Assembly (NCBI GenBank): GCA_964408125.1
Contig: CAYOYC010000001.1
Location: 1-51,526 of the forward strand
Source: Candidatus Woesearchaeota archaeon
GTDB lineage: Archaea; Nanobdellota; Nanobdellia; Pacearchaeales; GW2011-AR1
Length of the DNA: 51,526 nt
Direction: 5' to 3'
A program made the position numbers and the translations under genes. Below the pieces are notes generated by a model, which saw only the letters and a program-made list of their open reading frames with translations, was not told where the DNA came from and made no database searches. Below are positions 1 to 7,607 of the stretch, piece after piece. How positions within the stretch are numbered: position 1 is the stretch's first letter; each line of letters begins with the position of its first letter.

Positions 1-1
1 G

Positions 2-499
2 ATATTGATTTCATTGAGCTTGATTGGTTTAGGCTCTGGGTATTTGATAAGATTAAGATATTTCAAGAGAAAATTAAGAATGATGGGGGAGGAAGAAATG
101 CTTTTGTTGCAATTAATAAAAGTTATACAGAGAGATTGTTTTGAGAGCAATAGACTATCGATGGAAGAATATAACGAAGCGATGATACAATACGAAAGCA
201 GATTAAGTGATATTATAAAGGAAAGAGTAACTATAGAATCTCAGATAGCAAATTTGCTAAAATTTAGAGGAAGAAGAAAGGCGTTAATACAAGAAAGAAG
301 TAGATTGCTTGCGATGGTAAGGCAGGTTCAGGATGATTATTTGAATAGGGATAAAATAGAGACTAGATCATATGAGAACATGTTGAAAACATATTCTTCT
401 AGACTAAATGACATACAAGAAGAATTAGCGTTTATGGATGCGAAAGAAGAAATAGGAAGAAGTAGTAGCTTTTGGAAAAGATTAACTGGAAGGGCTTAA
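2..499 (+). CDS. hypothetical membrane-anchored coiled-coil protein, 5' end cut by window edge
   Basis: Frame is open to the window start. A hydrophobic stretch is followed by a charged helical region with an internal repeat (SMEEYNEAMIQYESRLSDI / SYENMLKTYSSRLNDI). Confidence 0.45.
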   Translation: MLISLSLIGLGSGYLIRLRYFKRKLRMMGEEEMLLLQLIKVIQRDCFESNRLSMEEYNEAMIQYESRLSDIIKERVTIESQIANLLKFRGRRKALIQERSRLLAMVRQVQDDYLNRDKIETRSYENMLKTYSSRLNDIQEELAFMDAKEEIGRSSSFWKRLTGRA

Positions 500-506
500 A
501 AAATAT

Positions 507-794
507 TTAATTTATGTTATTTATTTTTATCAAGTGCCAACCAAATTGAGTTTTGATTGGACCAATTACGTCACCACCCTTATTTTTCTCGTTGAAACAT
601 ACTGTTTCAAATTCTGGGACCATCATGCCTTTCCCAAACGTTCCCAAACTTCCGCCATTTTTCTTTGATGGACAAAAAGAATATTTCTTAGCAGCATCTT
701 CGAAAGAAATTTCGTTTGCTACAATTTGCTTAAGTAAAATTAAAGCCTCATCCTCTGTTCTTACTAGAATGTGGGAAGCTGAGACTTGATTCAT
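507..794 (-). CDS. parvulin-type peptidyl-prolyl cis-trans isomerase (PpiC family)
   Basis: SASHILV...FEDAAKKYSFCPSKKNGGSLGTFGKGMMVPEFE...GPIKTQFGWHLIKI is a typical parvulin core. The ATG at 794 abuts the upstream stop and is preferred over the start at 815. Confidence 0.8.
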   Translation of the reverse strand: MNQVSASHILVRTEDEALILLKQIVANEISFEDAAKKYSFCPSKKNGGSLGTFGKGMMVPEFETVCFNEKNKGGDVIGPIKTQFGWHLIKINNIN

Positions 795-795
795 C

Positions 796-1161
796 TTACA
801 GGAAAATAATTCCATCTTTAGTTAAAGCCGTAAATCTTACACCTACTGGGATTGATAATAGTGCTGATAATATCGCCATGTGCTCTTTTCCGGTTCCAGA
901 TGCAATAGAAAGTGAGACTTCAGAATTGAAATCTGAGTCTAGTTTTGGTTTTAATTTTTCTACTAATTCCTTCTTCAACGCGACAAGCGATTTATCTAAA
1001 TCAACTTCAACAAAATCAAATTGAGCACCCTCTACGTTGAAATTTTGCGCATAATTAGCTCCGATAACAATTATCTTTTCCCATTCTCCTCGTTTAATTA
1101 GACCAGAAACTTGACCCCAGGTCCCTTCACCTTTAGATAATAATGCTACTAATTGTGCCAT
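796..1161 (-). CDS. hypothetical small alpha/beta protein
   Basis: 121-aa ORF with a TATA-like box centred about 25 nt upstream of its ATG. No family recognised with confidence. Confidence 0.45.
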   Translation of the reverse strand: MAQLVALLSKGEGTWGQVSGLIKRGEWEKIIVIGANYAQNFNVEGAQFDFVEVDLDKSLVALKKELVEKLKPKLDSDFNSEVSLSIASGTGKEHMAILSALLSIPVGVRFTALTKDGIIFL

Positions 1162-1181
1162 TTCTTAGAAAATCTTCTTGG

Positions 1182-1190
1182 CTTTTTAAG
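1182..1190 (-). promoter_or_regulatory. TATA-like box (minus-strand reading cTTAAAAAGcc) about 25 nt upstream of the ATG at 1161
   Basis: Same box type and spacing as at more than 15 other gene starts in this window. Confidence 0.4.
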
Positions 1191-1205
1191 TATTTATGTA
1201 CTAAA

Positions 1206-1607
1206 CTATTTAAGTTTCTTTTCAATTCTCTTGAGCTGTGCTTGCATCTCTTGGATTTCCCTCTCAGCTTTTTTATTAACTTGGTAATCATACTCTGCCC
1301 GCAATCTGTCTTTTTGCCCCTCTCTATTTTGACTCATTAAAATTATTGGTGCTTGGATTGCTGCAAGGCAAGACAAAACCAAATTAAGTAAAATAAATGG
1401 GAATGGGTCAAATGCACCAGTTGAAGTATATTTAATCAAAAAATAACCATTGATAGAAATCCAAACTATTAACACTAATGCGAAAAATCCAATAAAAAAC
1501 CAGGATCCCATACTGGCTGTTAGTTTGTCCGCCGCCCTCTGTCCAAAACTCCATCTTTGTTTTGCAACTGGATGATTTTTTTTCAGTAAATTTTCCTCTT
1601 CTCTCAT
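1206..1607 (-). CDS. DUF1003 family membrane protein
   Basis: FGQRAADKLTASMGSW, two TM segments, then DPFPFILLNL...SQNRQ-like and a C-terminal coiled coil match the DUF1003 layout. Confidence 0.7.
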   Translation of the reverse strand: MREEENLLKKNHPVAKQRWSFGQRAADKLTASMGSWFFIGFFALVLIVWISINGYFLIKYTSTGAFDPFPFILLNLVLSCLAAIQAPIILMSQNREGQKDRLRAEYDYQVNKKAEREIQEMQAQLKRIEKKLK

Positions 1608-1672
1608 TTTTATTTTAAGATTTTATAGTTTAATAGTCTTTTGATTTCACGGAAAGCCTCGTGCAAAGAAAG

Positions 1673-1681
1673 CTTTAAAAA
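1673..1681 (+). promoter_or_regulatory. TATA-like box (agCTTTAAAAAcc) for the L1-P0-P1 operon; predicts a 5' UTR of about 75 nt
   Basis: Box matches the window consensus. Unlike most first genes here, L1 lies about 100 nt downstream, so this transcript would have a leader. Confidence 0.35.
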
Positions 1682-1780
1682 CCCCTGAAACACAGAATAT
1701 TTACTAAGACCTTAGACCAACGCGTCTCATATGGGAGTTTTGCGGAAGCAAAATTTGGTAGGGAAAAGTCTTTGAAAAAT

Positions 1781-2392
1781 ATGAATATTGATGAAGCAAT
1801 AAAATCTTTGAGAAGTCAAGAGAAAAGAAAGTTTATTCAGTCGTTAGACTTGATTATAAATTTACAAAAGATTGACCCAAGAAAAGAGTCTATTAATACT
1901 GTTATTACTATTCCTCATCCTCCTATAAAAAGACTTTGCGCTTTCTTAGCTAAAAAGTCTCCAATTATTAATACAATTGTAAAAGAAGAATTTGAATTAT
2001 ACAAAGACAATAAGGCGATAAAAAGACTTGCAAAAAAATATGATGCATTTATTGCTTCTGCCTCATTAATGGGTGCTGTTGCTACAAAGTTTGGTAGGTT
2101 TTTAGGTCCTTTAGGAAAAATGCCTACTCCTCAAGCTGGAGTTATTATGCAAGAAACTGATGCTAACATTAAAGAAATAGTTGAAAAAATGTCTAAAACA
2201 ACAAGGCTTAGAATAAAAGAAAAAAGCATAAAGCTATCTGCCGGAAAAGAAGATATGTCTGATAAAGAATTGGCAGAAAATGTTGAAGAAGTTATTAGGG
2301 CTATTATAGAATTACTTCCAAATAGAAAAGATAACATAAGTAATATTTCAGTTAAATGGACGATGGGAGCGCCTGTTGTCGTGGATAAATAA
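1781..2392 (+). CDS. rpl1: 50S ribosomal protein L1 (uL1)
   Basis: MNIDEAIKSLR..., LGPLGKMPTPQAG motif, and position ahead of P0/P1. ATG at 1781 preferred to TTG at 1772. Confidence 0.9.
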   Translation: MNIDEAIKSLRSQEKRKFIQSLDLIINLQKIDPRKESINTVITIPHPPIKRLCAFLAKKSPIINTIVKEEFELYKDNKAIKRLAKKYDAFIASASLMGAVATKFGRFLGPLGKMPTPQAGVIMQETDANIKEIVEKMSKTTRLRIKEKSIKLSAGKEDMSDKELAENVEEVIRAIIELLPNRKDNISNISVKWTMGAPVVVDK

Positions 2393-3213
2393 TGGTAGAT
2401 CACAAAACACATGTTTCTGATGCGAAGAAAACAACAGTTAAACAACTTGTTGATCTAATGAAGTATAAGACAGTAATGATTGTTTCTATAAAAGGACTTC
2501 CTTCTGCACAATTCCAAGAGATTAAGAAGAAATTAAGAGCACATTCAAAAATAAAAGTCGCAAAAGGAAATTTGGTTAATTTAGCCTTAGAAAAATCTGG
2601 AAATGCTGCACTGAAAGATTTAGAAAAACATGTTGGTGCTGATTGTGCTTTATTATTTTCTGAAGATGATGCCTTTATACTTGCTGGAATACTTAATGAA
2701 TCTAAATCACCTGCAAAAGCAAAAGCTGGGCAAATCTCACCTGAAGATATTTGGGCTGAAGCTGGCGGAACAGATTTAATACCTGGGCCGGATATTTCTG
2801 CATTAGGCGCTGTTGGATTAAAGGTTAAAGTTGAAAATGGAAAATTAGCAATTCAAGCAAGAGCAATTATATGTAAAAAAAATGAACCCATCTCTCCCGA
2901 GAGAGCGGCAATATTAGCTAAGTTAAATATTATACCTTTTAAAATAGGTATTGAGCCCATTGCAGCTTATTGTGATGGAAAAGTTTATTCTGGAATCAAG
3001 GTAGATAAGGAAGAAAATTTGCATATATTAAAAAATATGTATGCAAAAGCTATTGCGTTTGCTGTTTCATTACCATTCGTTACAAAAGAATCATTATCTT
3101 TTATATTAGGAAAAGCGGCGGCACACGAAAATGCAATTGCTGGATTAATTAAGACTGATGCTATTACCGAAGTACCGAAAGTCGAAGAAGTAAAGACGGA
3201 GATTTCACAATGA
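2392..3213 (+). CDS. rplP0: 50S ribosomal protein L10 / acidic stalk protein P0 (uL10), short form without acidic C-terminal tail
   Basis: N-terminal L10 domain (KTVMIVSIKGLPSAQFQEIKKKLR) and TAATG overlap with the L1 stop. It ends ...EVPKVEEVKTEISQ, without the GLxxLFG tail that P1 carries. Confidence 0.88.
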   Translation: MVDHKTHVSDAKKTTVKQLVDLMKYKTVMIVSIKGLPSAQFQEIKKKLRAHSKIKVAKGNLVNLALEKSGNAALKDLEKHVGADCALLFSEDDAFILAGILNESKSPAKAKAGQISPEDIWAEAGGTDLIPGPDISALGAVGLKVKVENGKLAIQARAIICKKNEPISPERAAILAKLNIIPFKIGIEPIAAYCDGKVYSGIKVDKEENLHILKNMYAKAIAFAVSLPFVTKESLSFILGKAAAHENAIAGLIKTDAITEVPKVEEVKTEISQ

Positions 3214-3410
3214 AGACACTGTTAGAAATTCAGGGCGGAGCAAGAGATGGATTGCGAGTTACCTACAACGGCTCTGATTTGGTAATCTCGGCCGATAGCT
3301 CACTGGCAACTGGAAGAACACCTAAACCGACAGGAAACCCAGAAAGAGTGGAAGTTGTAACAATGCCTCAACTTTATCAAACTCCAATTAAAACTGGAGA
3401 AACACAATAA
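3210..3410 (+). CDS. hypothetical 66-aa protein inserted between P0 and P1
   Basis: ATGA overlap with the P0 stop, and its TAA is directly followed by the P1 ATG. It is the only open frame in this 201-nt segment. The Gly/Thr/Pro-rich sequence has no recognisable family. Confidence 0.4.
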   Translation: MKTLLEIQGGARDGLRVTYNGSDLVISADSSLATGRTPKPTGNPERVEVVTMPQLYQTPIKTGETQ

Positions 3411-3695
3411 ATGGAATACATATATGCGGCACTTTTGTTGCACAAACTAGGTCAAACAGTTGACGAAGCTAACTTGAATAAAGTTATCTCGGCTACTGGC
3501 GCATCTGTTGATGAATCCAAGGTTAAAGTCCTTGTAGCCTCATTGAACGGTGTGAATATTGACGAGCAGTTAGCTAATGCGGCTATCGCATCTGCATCTG
3601 CATCTAGTGCACCAGCAGCAGAAGCACCTAAGGAAGAGAAGAAGGAAGAGCCAAAGGCTGAAGCAGCTGAAGGTCTTGCGAGCTTATTCGGATAA
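3411..3695 (+). CDS. rpl12: 50S ribosomal stalk protein P1 (archaeal L12)
   Basis: MEYIYAALLLHKLG..., Ala-rich hinge, KEEKKEEPKAEAAEGLASLFG tail. Confidence 0.92.
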   Translation: MEYIYAALLLHKLGQTVDEANLNKVISATGASVDESKVKVLVASLNGVNIDEQLANAAIASASASSAPAAEAPKEEKKEEPKAEAAEGLASLFG

Positions 3696-3801
3696 GATTA
3701 TTTAAGTTTATTCGCGGGGCCTTGGACTTAGTTAGTCCTGCTTCGATAAATTGGATGATTCGTTCTGAAACGGCTCAGTTAGACTTGCTAGGTCTGTGAA
3801 G

Positions 3802-3807
3802 TTTTTT
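3802..3807 (+). terminator. oligo-T tract after weak hairpins downstream of P1
   Basis: agacttgctaggtct followed by gtgaagTTTTTTgg. Archaeal terminators are typically T-runs. Confidence 0.3.
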
Positions 3808-3915
3808 GGCTAACTGTAGTTTTACATTTATTATCTATCTACTCGCTTTATAAGAATTCAATATATAAGCTCGAGAACCTTATTAATTTATAAAAGCATT
3901 TTATTTTGAAAATTG

Positions 3916-4551
3916 ATGAAATATGACTCCAAAAAGCCCAGGGAGAGAGTGTCTGTATCCTCGATACTCCAAGTGATGTATGGCTGTAAGTATCAGCAGT
4001 ATATGCCTTCTGTTATAGGGGAAATTAGAAATGGTGGCGGTTTATCTCTTCTTGCTAGACGGGGGGAAAAAAAGGGCTTTAATGTTGCTAAAGAAGATAT
4101 TGAGAATTTCAAGAAGGCTGTTGAAAAAAAAGTGGGGGAAAAAAGACACAGAGAATCTATTGCAATAAATTTTAGGGGAGATTATGACATAACTGGTCCA
4201 CAGGTTACTAGATTATATAAGCGATTAAATGAACACCCTGAATTGAAAGTATATCGTATGCCCTCTGGGCGTGGAGGCTATTTGTATGGAGACTTCCCAC
4301 CGGTTAGAGAAGTTGCTGCACAGATCCTTCATAAAATGGGTATGTCTCTTAAGGAAAAGAACCCTGATTTAGGAAGGAGACTCCTCGACGAAGTTGCGCC
4401 CATTAATCATAGTTTAGTTTCGCTCCAATCTGGATCAGATATATATAGAGAAGAGATGGCAAGACAATTTGCGGTTCATCCATTTACCCCACGAACAAAA
4501 GAAAGGGGAAGGTTTAGTGCGATTCGTAGTGTAAATTATTTACAAGGTTGA
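3916..4551 (+). CDS. hypothetical protein (orphan, basic, no recognised domain)
   Basis: 211/212-aa ORF flanked by unusually long non-coding spacers. Visibly less A+T-rich than its surroundings. Confidence 0.5.
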   Translation: MKYDSKKPRERVSVSSILQVMYGCKYQQYMPSVIGEIRNGGGLSLLARRGEKKGFNVAKEDIENFKKAVEKKVGEKRHRESIAINFRGDYDITGPQVTRLYKRLNEHPELKVYRMPSGRGGYLYGDFPPVREVAAQILHKMGMSLKEKNPDLGRRLLDEVAPINHSLVSLQSGSDIYREEMARQFAVHPFTPRTKERGRFSAIRSVNYLQG

Positions 4552-4705
4552 TATCCTGTCTTGCCTTTGAAATCATCCTAGTTTCAAACAACGTTTCTAG
4601 GCAATATTTATACTACCTGCAAAAAATAGAAAAATTCAAGAGAAAAGATATCACCCATAATACTAAATCTTAAAAAGCATCAATTCTAAGTCAAATTAGC
4701 GTATT

Positions 4706-4787
4706 GCCCGGATGGCACAATGGTACTGCGCCGGTCTTGAAAACCGGTTACCTCACGGTTTTTCCAGTTCGATTCTGGATCCGGGCG
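4706..4787 (+). tRNA. tRNA-Ser (anticodon UGA)
   Basis: Hand-folded cloverleaf. Acceptor GCCCGGA/TCCGGGC, 3-bp D stem, anticodon stem CCGGT/ACCGG with loop CTTGAAA. Long variable arm, T arm TCCAG-TTCGATT-CTGGA, discriminator G. No encoded CCA. Confidence 0.9.
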
Positions 4788-4797
4788 TTCAACGAAG

Positions 4798-5355
4798 ATG
4801 GTGAAAAAAACAAAAAGTGTTTGGATAATTGTAGGAATTGTTGTTGCGATAGCTTTAATTAGTGTAACCTTTTATTTAAATAATATGGATAATAAAAAAG
4901 TTGCAGTACTTGAAACATCGATGGGAACTATCGAAATTGAATTATATTCAGACATGCCAATAACAACTGGTAATTTTGAAAACTTAATCAATAAAGGGGT
5001 TTACAATGGCGTTATATTTCATAGAATCATGGACGGATTTATGATACAGGGTGGGGATCCAACTGGAACGGGCTATGGTGATCCAAAAATTCAAAAAATA
5101 AAAGATGAATTTACACACGCCGGTGGGAATAAAAATAATAGAGGCACAATTTCTATGGCAAATACTGGACCCAATACTGGAAGTAGCCAGTTTTTTATAA
5201 ATCTTGTAAACAACAACTTTTTAGATACAAAACATCCTGCTTTTGGAAATGTAATTTCTGGAATGGATGTCGTCGATAAAATTGCAAAAGTACAAACAGA
5301 TTCTAACGATAAACCATTGACTCCAGTTACAATAATTAGCGCAAAGATAAAATAA
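4798..5355 (+). CDS. cyclophilin-type peptidyl-prolyl isomerase with N-terminal membrane anchor
   Basis: FHRIMDGFMIQGGDPTGTGYG, GTISMANTGPNTGSSQFFI, HPAFGNVISGMDVVDKI. A TM helix follows the start. Confidence 0.9.
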   Translation: MVKKTKSVWIIVGIVVAIALISVTFYLNNMDNKKVAVLETSMGTIEIELYSDMPITTGNFENLINKGVYNGVIFHRIMDGFMIQGGDPTGTGYGDPKIQKIKDEFTHAGGNKNNRGTISMANTGPNTGSSQFFINLVNNNFLDTKHPAFGNVISGMDVVDKIAKVQTDSNDKPLTPVTIISAKIK

Positions 5356-5356
5356 A

Positions 5357-6136
5357 ATGGAAATATGTGCTCTTGCATCTGGGAGTTCTGGAAATTGTTT
5401 TTATGCAGGGGATGGAAATTCTAGTATACTTATTGATGCTGGAGTAAGTTGCAAAAAGATTGAAGAGAGGATGTTGACCATTAATAGAAAAGTGGAAAAT
5501 GTCAGGGCTGTTTTCATTACGCATGAACACTCTGACCATATAAGAGGAATAGATGTTTTTGCTAGAAAATTTAATGTGCCCATTTTTGCTACAAGGGAAT
5601 TAATTAAAAATAATTTTCTATGCTCAAATCCTGATTTAATTCAAACCTTTAAAGTGGGTGAAAATATTAAAATCGGAGGAATGGAAATATCTTCATTTTC
5701 TAAAATTCATAAGGCTATAGACCCGCTTGGGTTTACGATTGTTGATTCTTCAAGTGGGAAAAGAGCCTCAATTATAACAGATGCCGGGCATGCTTGTAAA
5801 AATATTATTGAAAATGTTTCTGATGCGAATGCGTTATTTTTCGAATCTAACCATGATTTAGAAATGTTAGAAAATGGTTCGTATCCATACTTTTTAAAAA
5901 AGTGGATTAGCAGCGATAATGGACATTTGTCTAATATGCAATCTGCATTGTGCGTCCTGGAAAATGCTAAAAGAAAAATGAAGAGTATGGTATTGTGCCA
6001 CTTGAGCGAACATAATAATACGCCAAAACTAGCGTTAAATACTCATAGAAATTTATTAAAACATCGGATGGATTTGAAGCCGCGTATTTTTATTTCTGAT
6101 AAAGAAAGCCCTAGCGTGATTGTAAAACTTAATTAA
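5357..6136 (+). CDS. MBL-fold metallo-hydrolase (YycJ/PhnP-like)
   Basis: SGSSGNC...LIDAG, the HEHSDH motif, and later D and H ligands (ITDAGH, CHLS). Confidence 0.8.
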   Translation: MEICALASGSSGNCFYAGDGNSSILIDAGVSCKKIEERMLTINRKVENVRAVFITHEHSDHIRGIDVFARKFNVPIFATRELIKNNFLCSNPDLIQTFKVGENIKIGGMEISSFSKIHKAIDPLGFTIVDSSSGKRASIITDAGHACKNIIENVSDANALFFESNHDLEMLENGSYPYFLKKWISSDNGHLSNMQSALCVLENAKRKMKSMVLCHLSEHNNTPKLALNTHRNLLKHRMDLKPRIFISDKESPSVIVKLN

Positions 6137-7607
6137 TTTTTATTGGTTGAAATTCTTTAATGAATTTTAGCCCATCTCCTAATCTCTGCTCACTCTCTGA
6201 ATAAAGTGTCATTAATTTATCCCCTTTATTTACTTTCCCCAAGTGTTTATATAAATAAATTCCTGCTGAATTTGTTTCTGGCGTACCTAGAATTCTACAT
6301 ATAGAATTGATTTTAGAGTTGTGTATTTCTGTAATCTTCCCAGACTTTTCTGCATAGATTATTTTTTGCTTTTTTGCTAGTTTTAGATTTGAAACTCTTT
6401 TGTCGAAATCATCTGATTTATTCTGTGCATTTATTATTTCTTTGAATTTTTCGTACGCTCTTCCGTTTTCCAATATATTTCTTGCCTTAGATTTTGAAAA
6501 TAATATTCCGCAAAGCGACATTAGTTTCGCTGACAGGAAAATAGATTTTTCCTTAAGGTCTTTGGGACAATTCGGTTCGTTTTTTAGAACGGATAAAATA
6601 TCTTTCATCTCCAAAACCGGCCCTATTCCATTTCCTATTGGTTGAGTTCCGAGTGTATATATTGGTTTTACTTTTATATTAAAATGTTTAGCTATTTTCT
6701 TAAATTTCCAACCAAGCGCTTTTGCTTTAGCTTTTGTTTTTATCTTGCCACTTCCGTATGGAATATCGATTATAATTCTATTAGAGCCCGCTGCAATCTT
6801 TTTCGCAAGAATAGAAGCTAGAAGTTGTGGTTCTACGTCTAAATTTAATAATCTTTCTACTCTTATCATTTTATCATCTGATGGTGCCAATCCTAACGAT
6901 CCGCCCCACACTAAACAAGCATTTGTTTTCTCGACAACTTTTTTTATTTCTTCTATAGAAAGTTCGACATTTGATATTGTTTCTACTGTGTCTGCTGTTC
7001 CTGCTGCTGACGTTATTGCTCTAGATGAAGACTTGGGTATTTTTAGGCCCGCAGCTGCACAAATTGAGACAACTAGGGGAGTCGTTCTATTTCCCGCGAT
7101 TCCTCCGATACAATGCTTATCTGCAATTATTTGTTTTCCAAAATCTAATTTCTTACCCGTATTCACCATCGCCTCTGTCAGTTGTATAATTTCTGTATAT
7201 GAAAGTCCTCTTAGTTTTTCTGCTGCTACAAAATAAGCAATTTCCGCCTCTGTTAGGTTGTTATTCGAGATTTCTAATACTAGGGTTTTAATTTCTTCCC
7301 TCGTTAAAGATTCCCCGTTCATCTTCTTCTTTATTATTCTAGCCCCTGCAAATATCTCGGCTGTTCCTATATCTAAATTTTCTCCGTTTTTATTTCCTAA
7401 TAAAGAAACTATTTCGTTAGAAAGACCTATTTCTCCTTTCTTAACCAAATCTGGAAAGATATCCACAACTGCGTATATCTTTTTTCTTTTATATCTGATA
7501 GAAATTCTTTCATCTACATGTATGTTTAATTTCTTGGAAGTATCGTCGCCAAGAATAACCACCGGCCTTCCAGCAAGCCAGTTAAGATTCTTTGACTTTA
7601 GCTTCAT
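6129..7607 (-). CDS. deoA: AMP phosphorylase / archaeal thymidine-phosphorylase-family enzyme
   Basis: 492 aa. An N-terminal extra domain precedes the glycosyl-transferase family 3 core (HCIGGIAGNRTTP, TSAAGTADT, SDDKMIRVE). Confidence 0.75.
   Translation of the reverse strand: MKLKSKNLNWLAGRPVVILGDDTSKKLNIHVDERISIRYKRKKIYAVVDIFPDLVKKGEIGLSNEIVSLLGNKNGENLDIGTAEIFAGARIIKKKMNGESLTREEIKTLVLEISNNNLTEAEIAYFVAAEKLRGLSYTEIIQLTEAMVNTGKKLDFGKQIIADKHCIGGIAGNRTTPLVVSICAAAGLKIPKSSSRAITSAAGTADTVETISNVELSIEEIKKVVEKTNACLVWGGSLGLAPSDDKMIRVERLLNLDVEPQLLASILAKKIAAGSNRIIIDIPYGSGKIKTKAKAKALGWKFKKIAKHFNIKVKPIYTLGTQPIGNGIGPVLEMKDILSVLKNEPNCPKDLKEKSIFLSAKLMSLCGILFSKSKARNILENGRAYEKFKEIINAQNKSDDFDKRVSNLKLAKKQKIIYAEKSGKITEIHNSKINSICRILGTPETNSAGIYLYKHLGKVNKGDKLMTLYSESEQRLGDGLKFIKEFQPIKIN

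Noticed and set aside
3270-3330. A tRNA-like or other known RNA gene in the P0-P1 insert (gatagctcactgg resembles a D arm), and SRP or RNase P RNA in 3210-3410 or 3696-3812.
   Set aside because: No complementary D-stem strand, anticodon arm or T arm follows, and I could not recognise conserved SRP or RNase P motifs. Only a single imperfect stem is present.
2392-3410. P0 and the 66-codon ORF as a single frameshifted P0; together they total 339 aa, close to the usual archaeal P0 length.
   Set aside because: The 66-aa sequence has neither the helical spine nor the Ala/Glu-rich hinge and GLxxLFG tail expected for a P0 C-terminus. The ATGA overlap resembles the many other coupled junctions here. 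The idea is kept only as something read-level checking could revisit.
3740-3800. A C/D-box sRNA in the P1 downstream spacer (GGATGAT ... CTGA ... CTGTGA).
   Set aside because: The putative C box is imperfect and the CTGA lies only 6 nt downstream instead of about 12. No C'/D' pair or terminal stem is present.
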